From contig CM052818.1 in the NCBI GenBank assembly GCA_028534125.1, forward strand, positions 45,448,001 to 45,512,000: a DNA stretch of 64,000 bases, read 5' to 3'. Below, piece by piece: positions 47,616 to 59,617 of this stretch. The notes beneath the pieces are model-generated. The model was given only the letters and a program-made list of their open reading frames with translations. It was not told the DNA's origin and did not search any database. The position numbers were made by a program, and so were the translations under genes. Each line of letters opens with the position of its first letter. Position 1 is the stretch's first letter. The DNA is from Lama glama. Taxonomy: Eukaryota.

Positions 47616-50600
47616 GTAAGTATATTTAAGTCCATGCTGGCAGTGCAGCTTTGAGAATGTTAAGCCAATGAGTGGGAAACTTCAGTGGGGCCTTACAGAA
47701 ACGCAGGTGTCTTGTTAGGGAATTTAGAATTTAACTGGCTGTAGATCATCCAGTGACAATAGTGATGTGCACGTCAGTGACTGACTAGAGTGGGCTTCAT
47801 TGGGAACGATGGGCGAGAGAAGGGAAGGCTGCATGGCGGACGTGTTGTTAGGCTGCTGATGGGTTTCCTGTAACCACTCTTGCTGCAGGATGATAAGGAT
47901 GCCTTCTATGTTGCGGACCTGGGAGACATTCTAAAGAAACATCTGAGATGGTTAAAAGCTCTTCCTCGGGTCACCCCCTTTTACGCAGTTAAATGCAATG
48001 ATAGCAGAACCATAGTGAAGACTCTAGCTGCCATTGGGACAGGATTTGACTGTGCCAGCAAGGTGAGCAAGAGCCGCAGAACTCTGGTGACTGTGTAGGA
48101 CGGCCCTGGTTGTGCTGCAGGGGCAGTAGATGCTCGTGAACAAGTGGGGAGTGTGACCACTTCCTATGTTTCTCTGTTTCTTCCATTTATCAGCTGCATG
48201 TAGTGTAACACCTCTTCTTTTTTCAGACTGAAATACAGTTGGTGCAGAGTCTCGGGGTGCCTCCAGAGAAGATTATTTATGCAAACCCTTGTAAACAAGT
48301 GTCTCAGATTAAGTACGCTGCCAATAATGGAGTCCAGATGATGACTTTTGATAGTGAAGTCGAGTTGATGAAAGTTGCCAGGGCACATCCAAAGGCCAAG
48401 TGAGTTATTTCTCCATGTGAGGGCAGGGTCAGATATGGGATCTGTGTAATGGCAAACAGAGTCAAATTTCCATACTTCAGTCATCTCTGTGCTGCTCAGA
48501 GACAGTAGAAAAAAGTTTAACTCTCTTGATTCATAAAACCATGTTAAACACAAACCATAGGGTGGCAGAGCTAAGGATTCTCTATTTCAACCCTGGCTGT
48601 AAGTGGTCTTCTGTCATGAGAAATTTGATACACTTTTCCTTCTTCTAGGTTGGTTTTACGGATCGCCACTGATGATTCCAAAGCAGTCTGTCGCCTCAGT
48701 GTCAAATTTGGTGCTACACTGAAAACCAGCAGGCTTCTTCTGGAAAGGGCAAAGGAGCTAGACATTGATGTCATCGGTGTCAGGTGAGACCTTGGTGACG
48801 GCACAGATAGAGGTTAAGATTAGACAATGCAAGTTTAACAGGTTTTCTCCCACTGTGAATAGTTATTTCTAGAAGTAGAAATAATACATTTTCTTTCTTT
48901 TCGCCCCAGCTTCCACGTGGGGAGTGGCTGTACTGATCCTGAGACCTTCGTGCAGGCCATCTCTGATGCCCGCTGTGTCTTTGACATGGGGGTGAGTATG
49001 TGTAGACCCCAAGTGCAAGGAGAGGGATAGAAGTGACAATAACTAGTCCTGCTTAACCTTTTGTAGAAGTCATCTCATGTTACAGAGGTTTAACCTAATT
49101 ATGGGCTTCATTTTTCATAACTTGTTATGAATCTGGCTCCTTGATTGACTTAGTTTTCTTGACTCTAGGCCGAGGTTGGTTTCAACATGTATCTGCTTGA
49201 TATTGGCGGTGGCTTTCCTGGATCTGAGGATGTAAAGCTTAAATTTGAAGAGGTAATTTATAACAAAGCTATAATCTTTAGCTCTTAGCAAGTTCCTTTT
49301 TGGACTATTTCAAAACTAAAGTGTTTTAACTAATCCCCAAAAAGACTATACAACCATGAAAATAAATGTCTTGATGTGCTATTTTGAGGTGACTTCCATG
49401 CTATTTAAAAGTATATTTAATATCCTTTGGTTTTCTAAACTTAGATGAGCCAGTTTCCCCCAAAAGTCTTGGGAAAATTGATTACACTGAGAGCTGTCGC
49501 TGTAGAGAAAGAACATGCCAACTTTTAGTACATCATTTCTCGGGATGTTCTTTGCTAGAATTTGTCCTTCCTTAAAACATTTAAAGTGTTTAGTCATTTA
49601 AGCAGTTAAGCCATTATATGCCACTCATTTATAAAACAGATCCACATTCTTATTTGTCAAGATTATATGAGGCAGGTAGAATACAAAGTTTTATCTTGTT
49701 GGCATGTATTTGCTAGGTTAAAGTATTTTGGCACCTTGAAATGGTAAGAAATTTGGACCATTCTTTAATAAAATCATACCCATAACAACTTAAAGAAGGT
49801 ACAGAGGGTGTCTGGAGGGGAAGTCAAAGTGAAACCACAAGGATGTGCAGGCTGGTTTTCAGGATGTCTGTTTGAAGATAAGCCTCCGCTGACGGCTGCT
49901 CTCAGTGTTCTGTTGTCACAGCAAAGCGCTGTGCTCCAGGTGTTTTCCCCTTGATGACCACGTGCTCTTCTCTGTCTCACTCTGATAGATCACCAGTGTA
50001 ATCAACCCAGCGCTGGACAAGTATTTTCCATCAGACTCCGGAGTGAGAATCATAGCTGAGCCAGGAAGATACTATGTTGCATCAGCTTTCACGCTCGCAG
50101 TTAATATTATTGCCAAAAAGCTCGTATTAAAGGAGCAGACAGGCTCTGATGGTACGTAGAAGGGGTGGTGAATCGTTGGCGTGTGTAACTGAAAATTGGT
50201 ACAGAAAGTGGTAACTGGGTCTCATCTGCCTTTGTAGATGAAGACGAGTCGAGTGAACAGACGTTCATGTATTACGTAAACGACGGAGTATATGGATCGT
50301 TCAACTGCATCCTTTACGATCACGCACATGTGAAGCCCCTTCTGCAGAAGGTACCTTCTGAACACGCTGTATTCAGCAGTTAAGATGATTGGTCAGGACC
50401 CGTGTGACCAGGGGTGTTTCTCTCTCTCAATCATAGAGGCCCAAACCAGATGAGAAGTATTACTCGTCCAGCATCTGGGGGCCAACCTGCGATGGCCTGG
50501 ATCGCATTGTTGAGCGCTGTAACTTGCCCGAGATGCATGTGGGCGACTGGATGCTCTTTGAGAACATGGGTGCTTACACTGTCGCTGCTGCTTCCACTTT

Positions 50601-51294
50601 CAACGGGTTCCAGAGGCCGACCATCTACTATGTGATGTCAGGGCCAACATGGTTAGTGCCAGCAGTGCGTGTTTATGGTTCTGATGAGAATTGTAATTAA
50701 CCTTCCAGGATTTATGCCTGCTTTTGTCTAGGTGAATGAGAATTTGCTTTGCTTAGGATTAAATACCAACTACAAGTTTTTTTGTTGCGTTTCTCCCCAT
50801 ATTAAGAACATACGCTCTAGAAATTTTGGAAAATGCAGTGGAAGGAAAATCCCTGTAATGATAGTTACTTGTGTTCTTTCCACGTTTTTAAGGCATAGTT
50901 AATTCGGAAAAGACGATTGGGATATTTCTGTGTAAATAGAACGTTTTAATTAGTGTATTAACGTGTGGTTTCCTTACTGGTGGAAAGCTGGTTCTGAAGA
51001 AATACCTGCTTTAGAAATACATCAAATTGCTTCCTGATGACATAGTAACCAAGGATGCAAATAGGCTCATGAATAAGCTCTTCTTGTGTGAAACTGCCCA
51101 GTCAGGGGTGACTCAGGGTTTCTGAATATGCCGCTTCTGTCTCTTACAGGCAACTGATGCAGCAAATCCAGAACCGTGACTTCCCGCCCGAAGTAGAGGA
51201 GCAGGATGTTAGCACTCTGCCTGTGTCCTGTGCTTGGGAGAGTGGAATGAAGCGTCACCCAGCAGCCTGTGCTTCAGCTAGTATTAATGTGTAG
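47514..51294 (+). CDS. ODC1: Ornithine decarboxylase 1, complete spliced CDS (461 aa): join(47514-47615,47889-48062,48227-48399,48649-48783,48910-48991,49169-49252,49989-50151,50238-50350,50437-50651,51150-51294)
   Basis: Ten exons with GT-AG introns sum to 1386 nt (102+174+173+135+82+84+163+113+215+145), i.e. 461 codons plus TAG. Starts [18 protein letters not shown]. Contains the PLP-lysine motif [32 protein letters not shown] and the catalytic WGPTCDG, and ends [22 protein letters not shown]. Confidence 0.99.
47889..48062 (+). CDS. ODC1: ODC1 exon 4
   Basis: ctgcag|GATGATAAG...GCCAGCAAG|gtgagc; encodes [13 protein letters not shown]...PFYAVKCND...FDCASK, including the PLP-binding Lys69. 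Confidence 0.97.
48227..48399 (+). CDS. ODC1: ODC1 exon 5
   Basis: tttcag|ACTGAAATA...GCCAA|gtgagt; [24 protein letters not shown]...AHPKA. Confidence 0.97.
48649..48783 (+). CDS. ODC1: ODC1 exon 6
   Basis: ttctag|GTTGGTT...GTCAG|gtgaga; [22 protein letters not shown]...IGV. Confidence 0.97.
48910..48991 (+). CDS. ODC1: ODC1 exon 7
   Basis: ccccag|CTTCCACGTG...ATGGGG|gtgagt; [27 protein letters not shown]. Confidence 0.97.
49169..49252 (+). CDS. ODC1: ODC1 exon 8
   Basis: ctctag|GCCGAG...GAAGAG|gtaatt; [28 protein letters not shown]. Confidence 0.97.
49989..50151 (+). CDS. ODC1: ODC1 exon 9
   Basis: tgatag|ATCACC...GATG|gtacgt; [44 protein letters not shown]. Confidence 0.97.
50238..50350 (+). 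CDS. ODC1: ODC1 exon 10
   Basis: ttgtag|ATGAAG...CAGAAG|gtacct; [37 protein letters not shown]. Confidence 0.97.
50437..50651 (+). CDS. ODC1: ODC1 exon 11
   Basis: tcatag|AGGCCC...ACATG|gttagt; [22 protein letters not shown]...ENMGAYT, including the catalytic Cys360. Confidence 0.97.
51150..51294 (+). CDS. ODC1: ODC1 exon 12 coding part (C-terminal degron)
   Basis: ttacag|GCAACTG...[56 protein letters not shown]. Confidence 0.97.
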
Positions 51295-51612
51295 ATACCA
51301 GCCCTGTAGCTGTAAACTGCGAGTTTAGCTTGAATTAAGGGATTTGGGGGGACCATTTAACATAACTACTGCTAGTTTTGAGATGTCTGTGTGAGTAGGG
51401 TGGCGCAGGTGCACCCACATGGAAGACTAGGAGATGGGGTCACACTTATCTGTGTTCCTATGGAAACTATTTGAATATTTGTTTTATATGGATTTTTATT
51501 CACTTTTCAAACAATGCTACTAAAGCGTGCCCCTTAACTGCTGAGCAAGCGTTTGTAGCTTGTACATTGGCAGAATGGGCCAGAAGCTCAGTGTTGTGAC
51601 CTGTTTTAAAAA

Positions 51613-51618
51613 AATAAA
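51613..51618 (+). terminator. ODC1 polyadenylation signal
   Basis: AATAAA ~320 nt after the stop codon, followed by U/GU-rich sequence (ttttacgtgt). Confidence 0.8.
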
Positions 51619-53559
51619 GTATCTTGAAATAATAAGGCAATGGGAGATTTTTACGTGTCCATTCTGAACGCTCACCTCGAGGGTCTTGTAAGTGGGAATT
51701 GATGTTTTTTCCCTCACAGGCCAGGAAAATTGCCTTGAGTTGATGGTTCTTAATATTTTGAAAACCCATGGACATGTCTCCTTTCTGTTGACGTATGTAT
51801 TTCAAGTACATAGGTCTCATAGGAAGTCTGCTGTAGGTTCTCACAGAGAATAGTGGACCTGGCCCACGTGCAGTGGGAGGGAGAGGAGGGCCGAGGCAGT
51901 GGCCGGCCTCCGCTATTAATGGCTCAGCCCCTGGACGTCCACTGAGCGCCCAGAGCCCCTTGTCAGTGGGCCCTCGGAGCCCTGCCTCGAGACCACACAG
52001 ACCCTCCCCGCCTCGACTTCACTCCCAGGACAAGCTGCGTAGTTACCAACCGGTTAGGGAGGTAGCACGGCTTTTGGCAGTTAGCTTATTCTAACACGTT
52101 CACTTATCATCTGTGTTGTTTGTCTTTGCCTTCAGGCCTTGACCCCTGGCCTTTTCTGTTCTCTTACTCACTGTCCCCCGACTCCCCAGAAAGGGATGGC
52201 AGCCTCTCGTACTAAACTTCCAAAATGGGAGTTGTGAGTCCTGCTGTAGCCCGGGGAGGGGGGAGGGGAGAGGCCGTGTAAAAGCCAGATGTCACCGCAG
52301 GTGGTATCGAGTGTCTCGCCAGCTCCATTGGAGGGACACAGGGCGGGGACAGCTCGTGGTACAGTCAGAATGCTGCAGCTTCTTTCATCTCAGGGACTGA
52401 ATTAAGCTCATCATGATGCTGTTAATACGCCAAAGGTGCCGAGAGGAGTGACGACGTGGGTGCTGCCTGCACACAGCATTGCTGTGACTGCTGACATTAC
52501 CTCTTAGCTGCTGAGCCAGACGAGGACCTGGCTTGTCACCAGCCCCACTGTCCCTTCCTGTACCCAAGAGTATGGCTTTAGTTGCCAGGCTTCTGAATGG
52601 GGTTTCTCAGAAGCCACAAAGAAAATAGGTCTGACTGGAGTCTCAAAGAGAGGAAAAAACACATGGACAGTCTGCCCACTTCCTTTGGGTCCTCAGTCTG
52701 CCCGCTGCTAGTGTTCAAAATAAAGGGATTGGTGTTCACTGTGGACTGAATACCAAGAAACATGAGCTGGACACCAAGCTTAAGACCTGATAAGTTAGGT
52801 GCCCGCTTTCAGAGGGAGTTGAGATGCTGTAGTGACAGCACCGAGCTTGGCTCGAAAAAGTTTTCTATCAAGAAGTACATGATACTCAGGGCTTGGAAGC
52901 TGCTCTGCTCTCAGCCTGTTTAGGTAGAGTGCAATCCAAGCAACTGGCCAGGGCCAGTGGGGACAGAAATAGCCCCATGCCACCCACAGCGCAGCCTCTG
53001 AACCTGGCCCCGGCACCTTGGTGAAGCCGCTTGTGAGCCCTGGAGTCTGAGTGGTGACATGGGCCGGCCTGGGACAAATGGCCTTCCCTGGCCCCTGCAT
53101 CCAGGAGTGGGCAAGGGAATTCGGCAGAAGAGGATGGAGATCTCAGGCAGCTGGGTGTGTGTCGACCCTGTCCTCCAGCAGGACCCTCTTGGGTTCTAGT
53201 TTGCAGCGCATACCTTTGTATTTCCATTGAAGATGGTACTGTGGTTATTCACGGAAACGACATTTCTAGGCCTTGATTTGAAGTGTCTATAGCTGGGGTC
53301 CACACTGAGGCAGTGGGTGAGTCTTCCTCCTGAGAGTACTGGGGTCTCCGTGCAGCCCCCATGGGAGGGACTATCAGTCCACGGTAAAGGCAGGGGTCTC
53401 CAAATCTGGCAGGGAATCTCATACAGCTTGCTGGGCCCACCCCAGACTGGGGACAGGGACCGTGGGGCGACAGGTAACCACCTGGGAAAGGTAAAAGGGT
53501 CACTGACGCACCTTTTACCACAATAAATTCCAGATGAAAGTTCACTGTGACAGATGAGA

Positions 53560-54310
53560 CCACAGAGCTATTGAAAGAAAACATTTGAAGTCAAAAAGGC
53601 AAGGGGCAAATGGAAAAGCTAGCACACATGGAAAGGGCTGATTTTTTCATATTCAAAGTGCTCCAATCAATAAAGGGACAATTCAATAGAAAGTGGATGA
53701 GACATGAACTTAGGTTCACAGACGAGAAAACTTTGAACATGAACAAACTTGAAAACTCGAATGCATATTAAAGCTGAGAATCTATCACCCGTCAGGTGAG
53801 CAAAGAGAAAAGGGTTCCCTCACCGCGAAGGCAGGCGGGCTCGCCCTCGGCAGGTGGGAAACTGAGACTAGGAATAAGCTCTCTGGACAGAACTTGGCAG
53901 TATCAAAAACAATCCGTGTTACCTTTGCCCTGACAATTCCAAGAGTTTTCTGACAAACGCACTTACGAGGCTATTCATCATGGCGTCGTTTGTTCAGCAC
54001 ACATTAGAAACAACCGTATGTTCGTCAAGAGGAACTGACGAGATCTATCAGGGGGACACATGGCTGCTTCGAGGCCCACAGCCCTGCAGGGGCTGATGTG
54101 GGACCATCTCCAAGCTGGAGAAAGAGCGGGGTGCGGCACGCTGCGTACCACCTGTAAAAAGCAAACCAAAAACTGTGCATGCGAGGACCTGCACGTGCAA
54201 AGAAAATTTTGGAAGAACTGACAAGAAACCCAGCAGGAGAATCGAGGCCTGAAGAGGCGAGTGGAGACGGACTGCACTTTTATGTGTGTCTATTAACTGC
54301 TTTTAAAGCA
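53560..54310 (+). mobile_element. Ancient LINE-1 (L1ME-like) 3' remnant
   Basis: Decayed L1 3' motifs (ggacaattcaatagaaagtgg, ctctggacagaacttggcagtatc, cctttgccctgacaattcc). Confidence 0.5.
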
Positions 54311-55451
54311 ATCGTAAAATATGCCTCCCAGGGGAGGAGACAGACTCAGAGACAAAGTCCTTAATCATGTGACTCCTGCGCCCACGAGTTGCTGAACAGG
54401 GATCAGCGGGCAGGGTCCGGGGCCTGGGTGGGGTTGGCCAAGGCCTGCTCTTCAACTTCGCAGGGCTGGCGGGGCTGGCTCATGCCCAGCCAGCTCTGGA
54501 GACGTGGAGGCAGCAGAGCCACTGGGACCAAGGACTGAAGCCCTTCCTGCCCACAAGGTGGGGCTACTTCCTCACGTCTCTATGCAGAGAACATTCCTAC
54601 ATATCAGGTTTTCTTGGGTCATACTACCTGCTGGCTGCTCACCTCCTCTGGCACATTTTCTGGCCGTCACCCCATACTTTCTTGAGTGTGGGCCCCCCAT
54701 GCTGGGTCTGGGAGCTCCGCCCTCTCTGCTTCACTCACTTTTTAACACATCAGATTTCAAGGTAGAGTGTCATCCGAAGAAAAGGCTTTGCTGAGCTCTC
54801 CCAGACTCCTTTATCACAGATGCCATGAAGCCCAGAGAGGCAGCTGACTCAAGTGAGCTCAGCCAGCAAGTTTAAGAGGAGGACCACATCTTCCCCTGCC
54901 AGCCTCTGCTCCTGGCCACTGACTGGAGAAAAAGAACTGAGGCTGAAAAGAGCCTCTCTGTCCCACCAAGGGCAGGGGGGTTGGCGGGGACATGAGTCCT
55001 TATCCTCACTCTCTCCCAGCCTCATTCCCTACCCGAGAGGCAGCATCCGGGCTGGCCTGGATCTCCTGGGACTCTAAGTCTGCGGAGGCCGCACCCTGAG
55101 CTGTGGCCAAGCCCTGGCCTAGGGCGGCACTGACCCAGCCGACCTGGCCCTGCTGGCGGCAGGCCCCCCGCGCCCTCCTCCCTAGAAGCTGGGCTCGTGC
55201 ACCTGCCTGGCAGTCAGGAGGGACGTCGCTGAAGCTCAGAATTTAGAGCACTGAGTGAAAACACCTGAGAAATGCTTTCTGCTATTTTTGGGGAGGAGGC
55301 GAATTCCTTCCATCCTCACTGTTGACTCTGGAACGTGGAGGAACACGACAGTGCGTGCCCTGAGGGTGGTGGCCTGTGAGCTGGCCTGACCCCAGCAGCT
55401 TCTGACCTGCCCTGGGGGCTGTGCGGGCTTAGCTTCATGGATTGATAAGTA

Positions 55452-55582
55452 TGCTTGCCAGAATTAGCAAGTAAAAATGTAAGGCATTTCATGAGACATA
55501 CGAGTACTGAAAGGGTGCTAACCAATAACTGAAGTATCTGAAATTCAGATTTAACTGGGCGCCTGTATTTTATGTGGCAACC
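55452..55582. mobile_element. MER53-like hAT element
   Basis: tgccagaattagcaagtaaaaat...tatctgaaattcagatttaactgggcgcctgtattttatgtggcaacc. Confidence 0.6.
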
Positions 55583-55797
55583 GATTGACAAGGCTTCCAA
55601 ATCCTAGGTCCTAGGAGCCCGGCCTCAGCTTCTGTGTGCTGTGTGGCTCACGCATAGTCAGGTGTTGCTCTGGGTCTAGGCTTCTCGTCTGTCAAATGGG
55701 ATGGAGACAGAAACCTCCTACTGACAGCCGGCCCAAGAGGCTCTGAAACCAGGCTAGGGGATCCACACACCCAATCCCAGGATGGCCCTCCCAGCCA

Positions 55798-55816
55798 TGA
55801 CCACCAGGGGGCAGCA
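55798..55816 (+). promoter_or_regulatory. Candidate CTCF site
   Basis: TGACCACCAGGGGGCAGCA closely matches the CTCF core motif (CCASYAGRKGGC). Confidence 0.5.
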
Positions 55817-56362
55817 GCACCTAGTGCTTGAGGCTCCTCCGCTGGTCTGGCACTGTGATAGTAGTCAGGTCCCTCAGTCACTGAACAAACGCTGACAGAG
55901 ACCTGACTGTGACAGGAGGGCTGCGGGGACATTAGCATGGCCTGGCTTAGAGGGAGATCCAGGGTCAGCCGCACTGGGCATCTGGGCTTTGAACTGGGGC
56001 TCTAGACAGCCCTGCCCTGGCCCAGGTTCCTCCCCCTGAAACATCCTGAGCACAGTTTGCGACACCCATCCCCAGCCCAGCCCGGGATCCTCCTGCCTCA
56101 CACCCAGGGAACAGCTGGTGGGTCCCCGCAGCTTGTGTTCTCTGCCCCTTACCACGGGCTCCTGCAGTGCCCACAGCACACCTGGTGACCCAGCCCACCG
56201 CCCCTCAAGCCCTGGACGCTGGCCCAGGCCAGACACACCAGTCCCTCGACGCTGGGTCTCTGCACGGGATGTGCCTGGGTGTGCCTCCGTGACCCGCCCT
56301 GTAGGACAGACGCACGTTCCAAACTGGACCCCAGAGTCCCAGCAAGCCCCTTCCCTCTCCAA

Positions 56363-56388
56363 ACACACACACACACACACACACACAC
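56363..56388. repeat. (AC)13 microsatellite
   Basis: Perfect AC dinucleotide run. Confidence 0.95.
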
Positions 56389-57956
56389 GTGGTAAAAGGG
56401 GCACTGTCTGGGTGTAAGAGGATCTGGCTTGTTCTGATTCTGCCACTGACTTCCTGGGGCCTGGCCGGTTGTTAGTGGAGTCCCCGGAATTGGGGACCGG
56501 TCTGCGGGTCGTCCCTTCCCTCCCGGGGCCCATTTCCTCATCGTCTGCAGGTGGTGCAGGCGCATCACGATGGCCCTTGTGAACGGGGCTCACCCGCCCC
56601 GAGTGAGAGCAGCAGGGCAGCGCTGGGGAGTGTCTGTGCAACGGGCAGTTAGGGTGCGTGGGTGTGCGTGCATGGAGTGTGTGTGTTCCAGCCATCGCGC
56701 CCAGCTCACAGACAGGAGAACAGTCTCCTCCCTGACGAGGATGCGCCCAAGAGTGCCCTCCGTGCACCGCAGGAGGGCAGGTGGCCTGGCAGGACCACCG
56801 GCAACTCTGGCCTTGGGAGCTTCTCCTGATTTCAAATCCTGCTTCTGCCACCCATTTCTAAACATCTGGGGCAGGTTATTCTCTAAACCTCAGCTGATCC
56901 ATCTGTACCATGTGGGCAGTAATGCTGTACTGTGGGGTTAACGGCGGGTTTCAATTAGACAAAACATTTAAGGGGTTTAGCAGTATCTGTCCTAGGAAGC
57001 CCTCCACAAATGTGGACTAGTATGCTGCCTTAATGCTGGTTCCCATAGGGAAGGCAGGCCTACGCAGACAGAAAATGCCTAGGTCGGGTTGTATTAATGA
57101 AGGCCCAGGGTTCAGAGTAATGGAGGTGACAGTCCTGCCCTCATGGGGGTTGGTCATAGGCTGCCCAGATGACCCGTCTTGGACATAGTATATCCCACAC
57201 TCCCACCCCAGGGCTTTCCTCCTTCGATTCTAAACATTCTCTAGTTTTGGGGGTTGTTCCCACTGCTGTGTTTCCTCAGTGAGCACAGGACCCTGAGCAT
57301 GGCTGTCAGAGCAGCTAGAAGGGTCCATGGAGCCACCACCCCAGGGCAGGGGATTCAGGCCACACGAAGGAAGAAGGGCTGAGGTTGGATATTATGTCTT
57401 CTGGGCAGGGTCCTGGGCGGAGTCAGAAGACACGCAGACTAGACCAGAGCCGTCTTCCTGAAGTCCTGCTTTAGACACAGGACCAGGCCTGCTGCCTAGA
57501 GTGTAAGGGGTACACGGGAAACTCCCACAGATCTTTAACCAACTTGAGGTGTCCATGCAGGATGACAGTGGGTCTGGGCTCCCTCAGGGCAAGGAGAAGG
57601 CAGGATGGGGAGCGACGGAGAGCAGCCGGCCCAGGCCTTTACCATGAAGTTCCAGGGAGGGGCAGGAGGAGGCACTTTCTAACAACCAGCCCTGGAAGAA
57701 GAATCTACTCCAAGACAGTATTCGTGCGGGGGCTGGGGGGGGGCACGGCTTGGAAAAGACAGTTTTGAGGTCGACTCCAGGTTCCTCTTCTGATGATGAG
57801 CTGGGCTTCCTGACATGGACACCATCTCTGGGACTACTTTCCCTTCCCTCCCAGCAGCAGACTCCCTAAGGAACCACATACTTCAGTGAGCTCCTGTGGG
57901 GGCAGGGTCCACTAGGGCCCCCAGATCTACATCTTCCACATTTGGGTGGAAGTACT

Positions 57957-58428
57957 TGGGAAGGTTAATTTTATGTCAGCTTGACTGGGTGGTGGGGTGC
58001 CCTGATATTTGGTTAAATATTACTCTGAGTGTGTTTGTGAGGGTGTTTCTGCATGAGATGAATATTTATTAACATTAATTAATAATTAGCAGGCTGAGTA
58101 AAGCAGACAGCCCTCCTCAGTGTGCAAAGGGTTGAAGGGCTGAATAGAACAAAAGGCTGAGCCGGGGGGATTTTGTTCTCTACCTGACAGTCTAGGGCTG
58201 GGATGTCACTCTCCTGCCTTCGGACTCAGATGGGAACTTTTGTCATCGGCTCCCCTGGGTCTCCAGCCTGCAGATCTTGGGACTTTTCAGCTCCCATAAT
58301 CCTGTGAGGAATCCCAATTCCTTATCATAAATCTTTCTCTTACTCTCCCTCCGGCCCTGTACAGATGCATATGTAGACAGAGGGAGAGAAAGATCCTGCT
58401 GGCTGCTTCTGGGGTGAACCCTGCTACA
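57957..58428 (+). mobile_element. ERVL LTR (MLT2 family)
   Basis: Starts ggttaattttatgtcagcttgactggg and ends ggtgaaccctgctaca; near-TSD GTACT/GTAAT. Confidence 0.8.
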
Positions 58429-59611
58429 GTAATCACTCATCTATGTCCACTGAGCAGTGTCCCCTGTTTGTAGCACCGCAGCCCCCCAACCCCAACAAGC
58501 ACTTCTGACTTAACCTCTGCCAGTTCCAGTCCCACTCTGAAGTGCAAGCCCCTCTCTGGGAGGGGAGATTCCTCCAGGCCAGGCAGAGTTGCCAAGGCAT
58601 CATCTAATCTCCCTGTAGCAAGCTGGGTCCACCCCCTGGTCACTGGGGGGCCCCCCCTCCCCTACCTCCGGTTGGCCTGTGGTACGCCCGGGGCTTCACC
58701 ATGAACCAGCCTTAGGTAGTGCCACTGGCTCAAAAGGCACTTACAGGCAGGCTCACCGTTTCCGTTCAGAGATGTGGAGCCGGAAGAGATACATTAAAAT
58801 CACTAAAATCGACAAAACGGCCGTGGTCCCTGACGCCTACAGTGGGTCAGGTTCCAAGCTACACGCTTACCTTGCTCATCTGCTTCCCGGTTACGGCCCT
58901 TCTACAGGTGAGGCTCGGAGGTCCCGCAGCAGGTATGACAGACACTGGACCCCGAACCCCAGTCCCATTCACCCGTCCTGGCTCCCTGTCTTCAGGGGGA
59001 GGTGCAGCCTCCTCAGCCGAGGGGGCATCTTGACTGGCCAGGTGACACCTCACACTCCTACCAAGGCACTGGCCTGGGTTTCAGCCAATAAGAATTGTGG
59101 CTGGTGGGGAAGGGCATGGCAGGAGAATTCTGGAAAGTTCTCCTCCCTTTCAAGGAAGAAAAGCCAGGGCTGCTTCTCTTCCTGCCTGTGGAAGGCTCCC
59201 GTGCCAGCTGCACAGTGACAGCCTTGTGGGGACCCCCGGTAGGCAAACGTGAGCACAAAAGCTGCCTGCGGGGCTGGGGGCGGGGCGGTGGGACGCGGAA
59301 GGAACCTGGCTGACCTCCGTGATGCTCTTCAGCTGCTCTGTCAGCCAAGCCCGCAACGCTTTGTGGCGTGTGCTGCAAACACTCCCATGGTTGAAGCACC
59401 TTCTGCTGGGTTTTCTGCAGCTGGGACCAGAAGCATCTCCATGGCCGCAGGCTGAGAAGCCAGGCCTGTGCTCACAGCCATGCCCCTCTGTCCTCACTTG
59501 GTGCTTGCTGTCCTTCCGCCTTGCTGATTAAACCCTGGGGTGGGGGGCGGGACGCGGAAGGGAGGAGGCAGGCAGAAGCGTGACAGTCAAACCTGCCAAG
59601 AACAGTCATCT

Positions 59612-59617
59612 TTTATT
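59612..59617 (-). terminator. HPCAL1 distal polyadenylation signal (a second, proximal one at 59801-59806)
   Basis: TTTATT on + is AATAAA on -, ~950 nt after the HPCAL1 stop codon. Confidence 0.65.

Noticed and set aside
47463..48098. ORF-track starts at 47463 and 47880 suggesting N-terminal extensions
   Set aside because: Both are intronic TTG codons upstream of splice acceptors. The real start is ATG 47514 and exon 4 begins at 47889.
55874..56851. Longest ORF in the track (325 aa, - strand)
   Set aside because: GC-rich low-complexity translation that reads through the (AC)n microsatellite (VCVCVC); no recognisable domain.
59290..59561. 13-bp direct repeat GGGACGCGGAAGG (59290, 59549)
   Set aside because: No element structure between the copies; plausible by chance in G-rich DNA.
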